Shown in pieces: positions 59,699 through 64,000 of a stretch of 64,000 nt of DNA. This DNA comes from [Phormidium] sp. ETS-05. Its GTDB lineage: Bacteria; Cyanobacteriota; Cyanobacteriia; Cyanobacteriales; Laspinemataceae. Below the pieces are notes generated by a model. The model was not told the origin of the DNA. It made no database searches and saw only the letters and a list, made by a program, of their open reading frames with translations. The stretch is taken from the NCBI RefSeq assembly GCF_016446395.1, contig NZ_CP051168.1, positions 3,621,579 through 3,685,578 of the forward strand, given 5' to 3'. The position numbers and the translations under genes were made by a program. Every line of letters begins with the position of its first letter. Within the stretch, counting starts at the first letter, position 1.

Positions 59699-62600
59699 AT
59701 GTCAACAAGACACAGGGGCAAACTTAACCGGCTTATCTACTACTGGTGGCTCCAGATAGCCAAACGCGCCAGCCGTATCGGCAAAAGTTTCCGCAACTTG
59801 CTACTGCAACCGCTACAACTCCTGAAACCAGGACTGAAAAGGCAGGAAGCGGCGGGTTTCGTGCTACCCACCATCACTATGATTATGTTGGTGGTGGTAT
59901 TGGTGGTATCAGCCATAGTCCTGCGTTCTTTTGACAGAGCCAATAACGCCCGGAATATCCGCGTCAACCAGGCAGTTTTGGCAGCAGCGCAACCAGCTTT
60001 GGATAGAGCTAATGCGAAATTAAACTATTTGTTGGGAGGAGAGCCAGACCCGGATCCATCCATCCCCCCCACCACCCCAACTGACCTGACACTTTATCAA
60101 GCTCTCTTAGCAGATGACTACACTTTTGGCGATGAAGATCGACTAAAAGTTAGATATGATATTGACGGTGATGGTACTCCTCTTCCCAAAGGAGCGGATG
60201 ATGATTCTTCAACCATTGAAGATAATGAAGAGATAAAGACCGCTTGGCGGTTTCCCATCGATACTGATAATAACGGGAAATTTGATACCTTCACACTCTA
60301 CGGGATTTATCTCAAAACACCCACTCGCGATGAGACAACAGGAGAATTCAATACAGCCAGAAGTCCTCTGGATGCAAGAACACCTCCCATGCCTCCTGTA
60401 GAAGCCGGAAGCAATGCTGCATGTGCCGGGGCTTTAGGCACCAGCGCCAGCTTGGTAGGAGATTCTGGTTGGTACAAGTCAGACGCAAAGCTGAAAAAGA
60501 GCTTTTATGTCTTTGCTGTTAACGTGCCGATTACAGCTCTTGGCACTCTAGACCCAAATAAATACGAAACGGGTAAATCAGGCTTCTCTGCTCTGGAATA
60601 CCAGCAAGACAGGTCACGGATTCCTCTAACCAACAATGCTGTAGTTTATGACAACGACTTGGAAGTAACCCCTGGTGTCACCTTGCGCCTCAACGGACGC
60701 ATCCAAGCCAATAGTAATTTTATAGTTTCTTATACAGGCAGTGGTACAACTTTAGATTTTTATCAAGTCAGCTCCCCTGAATCTTGCTTTTATGACCAAG
60801 AAAATAGCAAGATCGTCGTGGGCGGTAATGTGATTAATGGTAAGTCAGATACCACCGCCGATCGCCGCCCAGTGGCGGTACATCTATTCAATGGTGCTGG
60901 TGCCAGTCCCAACACAAGTCCCCGTATTGAGAATAACACCAGTGGGGGTCAGTCTGTTGGCAACACTTCTCTGCAAGCACAATACAATAACAACGCCTAT
61001 GAGCAGCGCATCGCTTGCTTATTAGAAGCTCAGATAGGGGATCCCGCTAATCCCACCCCAGAAAGCAACGATCCAAAAGCTGTCACCGAGGCAGTAGAGC
61101 AGAAGCTAGACGAGAATCCCAGTTTAGACCGAGCCAAAGTCCGCCGTCAAGAACTGGAGGCATATTTCCGGAACCGCACCCGCCAAGTACCCTTTGCGGA
61201 AGTGGCTGATGGTGCCAATGCCATCTCCGGAGCCCCTGCTCCACCGGCTGACCAGGCTCCTTGGTGCCGTCAAAATGCCAGTTCAGTTCTAGCCGGTAGC
61301 AACGACACTCTCCGACCAATTGATAGCTGGATATGGCCAACAGACTTTAGTGGTGGTGTTGCTCGTGCCACGGGCCCCACAAATTTAAATCTGGTTCAGC
61401 TCCCAGCAACAGAATTTGGCAAACAAAAAAACTTGGGGAAAGAACAGTACCTCGGAGATAGAGTCCTAGTTGGCAACAACCTGCCCGCCGTCTGGTGGAA
61501 TGGTAGCAAGTTTGCAGAAGGACCACCGAACCCCCCAGAAACAGATAACCTTCAAACGCTGAATGAAAATTGGACAGACCCCAATAACGAGCCACGCACT
61601 CGGGCTACTCGCGTGCGCAAAATTCCTGAAGTCGGGGCAATAGACCGGGATGGTTTCTGGGAAAAATCCGCTGCCGTCAAACCCCAAACTGCTGTATCTG
61701 GTAGAGGTGGTCTGCGGATAATCACCAGTGGTGGTGTGTATGAGCGCCTCAACTCCTTCCTCCCACCGCCACCAGCTCCAGCCAATGACCCAATCACCAC
61801 AGAGGACGAATCTAAGTTTATTGTGGTCTGGCCGGACACAATGCCCATGTCTCCGGGATTGAAATCTGCGGTTTACGATAATGATGCCACTGTTTGGAAG
61901 AAGCCGGATGAGTGGAACGGTACCCCGCCTGATTGGCTCCTCACCACTACCAATTCACCCCCAAAAACTCCTACTATTGACCCCAGCACACCCAAATATG
62001 CCAAAGGGGACCTGCGGATGCGGGCAACTGCCGTCTATCACTACGCCCAAGACCCCATCGACCCACCAGAAAATACAGACCCAAACAAAGACACTGACCA
62101 GCAACCCATCGCCTGCATCAGCAGCTACTACGACCCCACCGACTTTGAAACGGCTCGCAACGCCCCGGGACTGCCAGACGTGAGCGGCTGGGGACCACCA
62201 TCCTATACCAAACCCACTGGTGCTGCCGCCCAAAGTGCGAAAAACAAATCCAACAACGGTGTAGCCTATCCCAAACCCACCACTGCCCGCCCTACTTCTG
62301 CCAGTTACAACAGCACTACCGGCTTGTTTACAGGTAGCAGCGAGCTGGAAAAGCAAGCCAATATGGTCTTTCCTGATGGTCGCTTTGCCAACAAACCCCT
62401 GCGGGAAGCCTTGAAAAAGCTGGCCAACAGTGAGGAGTTGACTCTGGCTGACCAATCCGCCATTGACTCTACCCTCTGTGCCTTGGACATTCTGGCAGGG
62501 AACATCTCCCCGAATAACTCCGTGATTCCCCACGGGGCAATTAAAGAAATCAGTTTCCTCAACCCCAGGGAAATCAAGGCTCTTGATAAAGACGACCCCG

Positions 62601-64000
62601 CTACCACTGTTGACGAAACCTTTACCCTCAACAGCCCCCTATATCCTGACGCCCAAGCCGCCAACCTAACCGGACTATATGACCAACCCATAGAAGAGCG
62701 GCAACCCCTAGAAATTAGGGTGACGCAGATAGACCTTCATTTGCTGCGTAACCAAACCATTAGTTTGGCTTCCAATATCAAAGGTCCCAACCCAGAATAC
62801 CTCCTACCCAGCAGCGGCATTATCTATGCTACCCGGGACGATGCTCTGCCAGACCGGAGCTATCGCAGCATCAGCGACGACGGCAGCAAACTCATCAGCC
62901 CCACGGATTTTAGGCTCGACCCCACCCGCCGTCCCAACGGCATTATGCTGATTAACGGCAGATTCCTTGCCCGTAATGATGGCAATAATGATGGTCAAAA
63001 CGATACTGACCCAGCCAAGCCATCGGATGTGGTCAAAGAAAAGGGCATCATCTTGGTCAGCAATGAACCAGTTTATGTCCAGGGGAATTTTAACCTGCAC
63101 AACCAAGAAGAATTTGACACCGCATTAAACGGGAATTGGAGCAACTTCTACACACGCACCATCAGCAATATTGATGAAAACTTTGCCTGCCGTCAAAATG
63201 ACCCCCGCATCTCCCAATGTACCCAAGGCGACACCTGGCGCCCCGCCACGGTTCTCGCTGATGCCGTCACCCTGCTATCGGACAACTTCCGCCCCGGTTT
63301 CCGCAATGAAGGCGACTTCGACCTGAGAAATAATGCGGGTAATCCTTTGGTTCTGCCTGACGGCGGTTATGACATCGATGGCAATGGAACTATTGGTACT
63401 AACACAGTGGCTGAAGTTGCTATCGGGTTAGACCTCAATAGTGATGGAGATACTACTGACACAGTAGCAGAGAACCAAATATCAGTCGGAGCCGCTCGCC
63501 GTCTCAACGGTTTTCTCGCCAACGACTACGCCGTTAATGGCTTGAGTATGGGTGGTAGCCCTGCCGTCCGCGTTTTTGACCTGAACGGTAATGGTCGAAT
63601 TGATACCAGTGGCACCACTGACAACACCCCCACTGATGAACGATATGCTACTGCTGGCGGTAGTGCTAACCTGCGCCTCAACAGCTCATACTTTAACAAC
63701 TTCGTCACCCCAGTGCAGCGCCGAGGCGAATTCCCAGAATACGTCATGGAAATCTGCCGCAAGCTGCCTGTTTCCACCTGTCAACCAGAAGACTGGGTAG
63801 TGGGTACTCTGACTGTACCTACTGCTAAAGCTAGCGATATAGCAGTAGGAACCCCTGTCAGCGACCTACTATCAGGAACCACAGCGCTCCCACCACAAGA
63901 CCCAGCGGACCAGCGCTATCCCCGCCGTGTAGCTTTTAAGCGAAATGCCAACAACCAACTGACATTGAATAACAATCTACCCATTCCTTTGGGCATAAAT
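59699..64000 (+). CDS. Large (>1434 aa, 3'-truncated by the window) membrane-anchored, Thr/Pro/Asn/Asp-rich secreted protein; candidate HpsA-like hormogonium polysaccharide protein.
   Basis: Continuous frame from the ATG at 59699 to the window end, ending exactly on a codon boundary. N-terminal basic leader then a hydrophobic helix (AGFVLPTITMIMLVVVLVVSAIVL, pseudopilin-like). Calcium-binding-like DxDGDG/DxDGNG motifs. The ORF track shows no competing large ORFs. Confidence 0.45.
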   Translation, partial: MSTRHRGKLNRLIYYWWLQIAKRASRIGKSFRNLLLQPLQLLKPGLKRQEAAGFVLPTITMIMLVVVLVVSAIVLRSFDRANNARNIRVNQAVLAAAQPALDRANAKLNYLLGGEPDPDPSIPPTTPTDLTLYQALLADDYTFGDEDRLKVRYDIDGDGTPLPKGADDDSSTIEDNEEIKTAWRFPIDTDNNGKFDTFTLYGIYLKTPTRDETTGEFNTARSPLDARTPPMPPVEAGSNAACAGALGTSASLVGDSGWYKSDAKLKKSFYVFAVNVPITALGTLDPNKYETGKSGFSALEYQQDRSRIPLTNNAVVYDNDLEVTPGVTLRLNGRIQANSNFIVSYTGSGTTLDFYQVSSPESCFYDQENSKIVVGGNVINGKSDTTADRRPVAVHLFNGAGASPNTSPRIENNTSGGQSVGNTSLQAQYNNNAYEQRIACLLEAQIGDPANPTPESNDPKAVTEAVEQKLDENPSLDRAKVRRQELEAYFRNRTRQVPFAEVADGANAISGAPAPPADQAPWCRQNASSVLAGSNDTLRPIDSWIWPTDFSGGVARATGPTNLNLVQLPATEFGKQKNLGKEQYLGDRVLVGNNLPAVWWNGSKFAEGPPNPPETDNLQTLNENWTDPNNEPRTRATRVRKIPEVGAIDRDGFWEKSAAVKPQTAVSGRGGLRIITSGGVYERLNSFLPPPPAPANDPITTEDESKFIVVWPDTMPMSPGLKSAVYDNDATVWKKPDEWNGTPPDWLLTTTNSPPKTPTIDPSTPKYAKGDLRMRATAVYHYAQDPIDPPENTDPNKDTDQQPIACISSYYDPTDFETARNAPGLPDVSGWGPPSYTKPTGAAAQSAKNKSNNGVAYPKPTTARPTSASYNSTTGLFTGSSELEKQANMVFPDGRFANKPLREALKKLANSEELTLADQSAIDSTLCALDILAGNISPNNSVIPHGAIKEISFLNPREIKALDKDDPATTVDETFTLNSPLYPDAQAANLTGLYDQPIEERQPLEIRVTQIDLHLLRNQTISLASNIKGPNPEYLLPSSGIIYATRDDALPDRSYRSISDDGSKLISPTDFRLDPTRRPNGIMLINGRFLARNDGNNDGQNDTDPAKPSDVVKEKGIILVSNEPVYVQGNFNLHNQEEFDTALNGNWSNFYTRTISNIDENFACRQNDPRISQCTQGDTWRPATVLADAVTLLSDNFRPGFRNEGDFDLRNNAGNPLVLPDGGYDIDGNGTIGTNTVAEVAIGLDLNSDGDTTDTVAENQISVGAARRLNGFLANDYAVNGLSMGGSPAVRVFDLNGNGRIDTSGTTDNTPTDERYATAGGSANLRLNSSYFNNFVTPVQRRGEFPEYVMEICRKLPVSTCQPEDWVVGTLTVPTAKASDIAVGTPVSDLLSGTTALPPQDPADQRYPRRVAFKRNANNQLTLNNNLPIPLGIN

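Overview
This 64 kb window looks like chromosomal DNA from a filamentous cyanobacterium. Nearly every intergenic gap is filled with heptanucleotide STRR arrays ((GGACAAA)n, (TGACAAG)n, (TTGGTCA)n, (GGGGACN)n), the genes are cyanobacterial in type, and the last ORF resembles the hormogonium-polysaccharide protein HpsA.

Housekeeping genes I can support directly from the translations:
- purH, argC, eno, ispF, aat, maf
- ribosomal proteins rpsN and rpmB
- ribBA with a C-terminal extension
- the cytochrome oxidase cluster ctaA/ctaB divergent from ctaC-ctaD-ctaE
- the carboxysome shell pair ccmK3-ccmK4
- cyanoP, larB, an LD-carboxypeptidase, a family-5 ABC substrate-binding protein, and a CheA-like hybrid histidine kinase

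Accessory content:
- **Polysaccharide genes at both ends:** a sulfotransferase, an O-antigen-ligase-like membrane protein and a GT4 glycosyltransferase at the 5' end, and an HpsA-like giant ORF at the 3' end.
- **Restriction-modification:** a Dam-family N6-adenine methyltransferase next to a frameshifted restriction-endonuclease-like gene, plus a separate remnant consisting of a beta-class methyltransferase C-terminal fragment next to an XRE/C-protein-like HTH gene.
- **Major vault protein homologue:** a bacterial MVP (about 880 aa in total, split by a frameshift) immediately downstream of ccmK3/ccmK4.
- **Secretion/signalling cluster:** a 1691-aa two-partner-secretion (haemagglutinin-type) exoprotein with a C-terminal CHAT protease domain, next to a minus-strand operon encoding a STAND NB-ARC ATPase with an N-terminal HTH, a membrane Ser/Thr kinase with TPR repeats, and a FecR-domain/TPR secreted protein.
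- **Tandem protease triplication:** three roughly 605-bp tandem units each encoding a retropepsin-like aspartic protease with a DTGA motif. The third copy is a mosaic of the first two and is frameshifted.
- **Toxin-antitoxin pairs:** a HEPN/MNT pair and a DUF433/DUF5615 (PIN-like) pair.
- **Dispersed repeat families:**
  - long-stem hairpins with GTAGGGG...CCCCTAC ends
  - a GC-clamp palindrome CCCCCAACCCCCTTTnAAAGGGGGGG, one copy of which sits inside ctaA
  - CCCTCTCCC/GGGAGAGGG palindromes in 84-bp and 140-bp tandem arrays
  - four 23-nt direct repeats upstream of ctaC

There are at least six single-nucleotide frameshifts (purH, cyanoP, MVP, ctaA twice, the REase, and retropepsin copy 3). 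Several sit in homopolymer runs, so assembly indel errors are as likely as real pseudogenisation.
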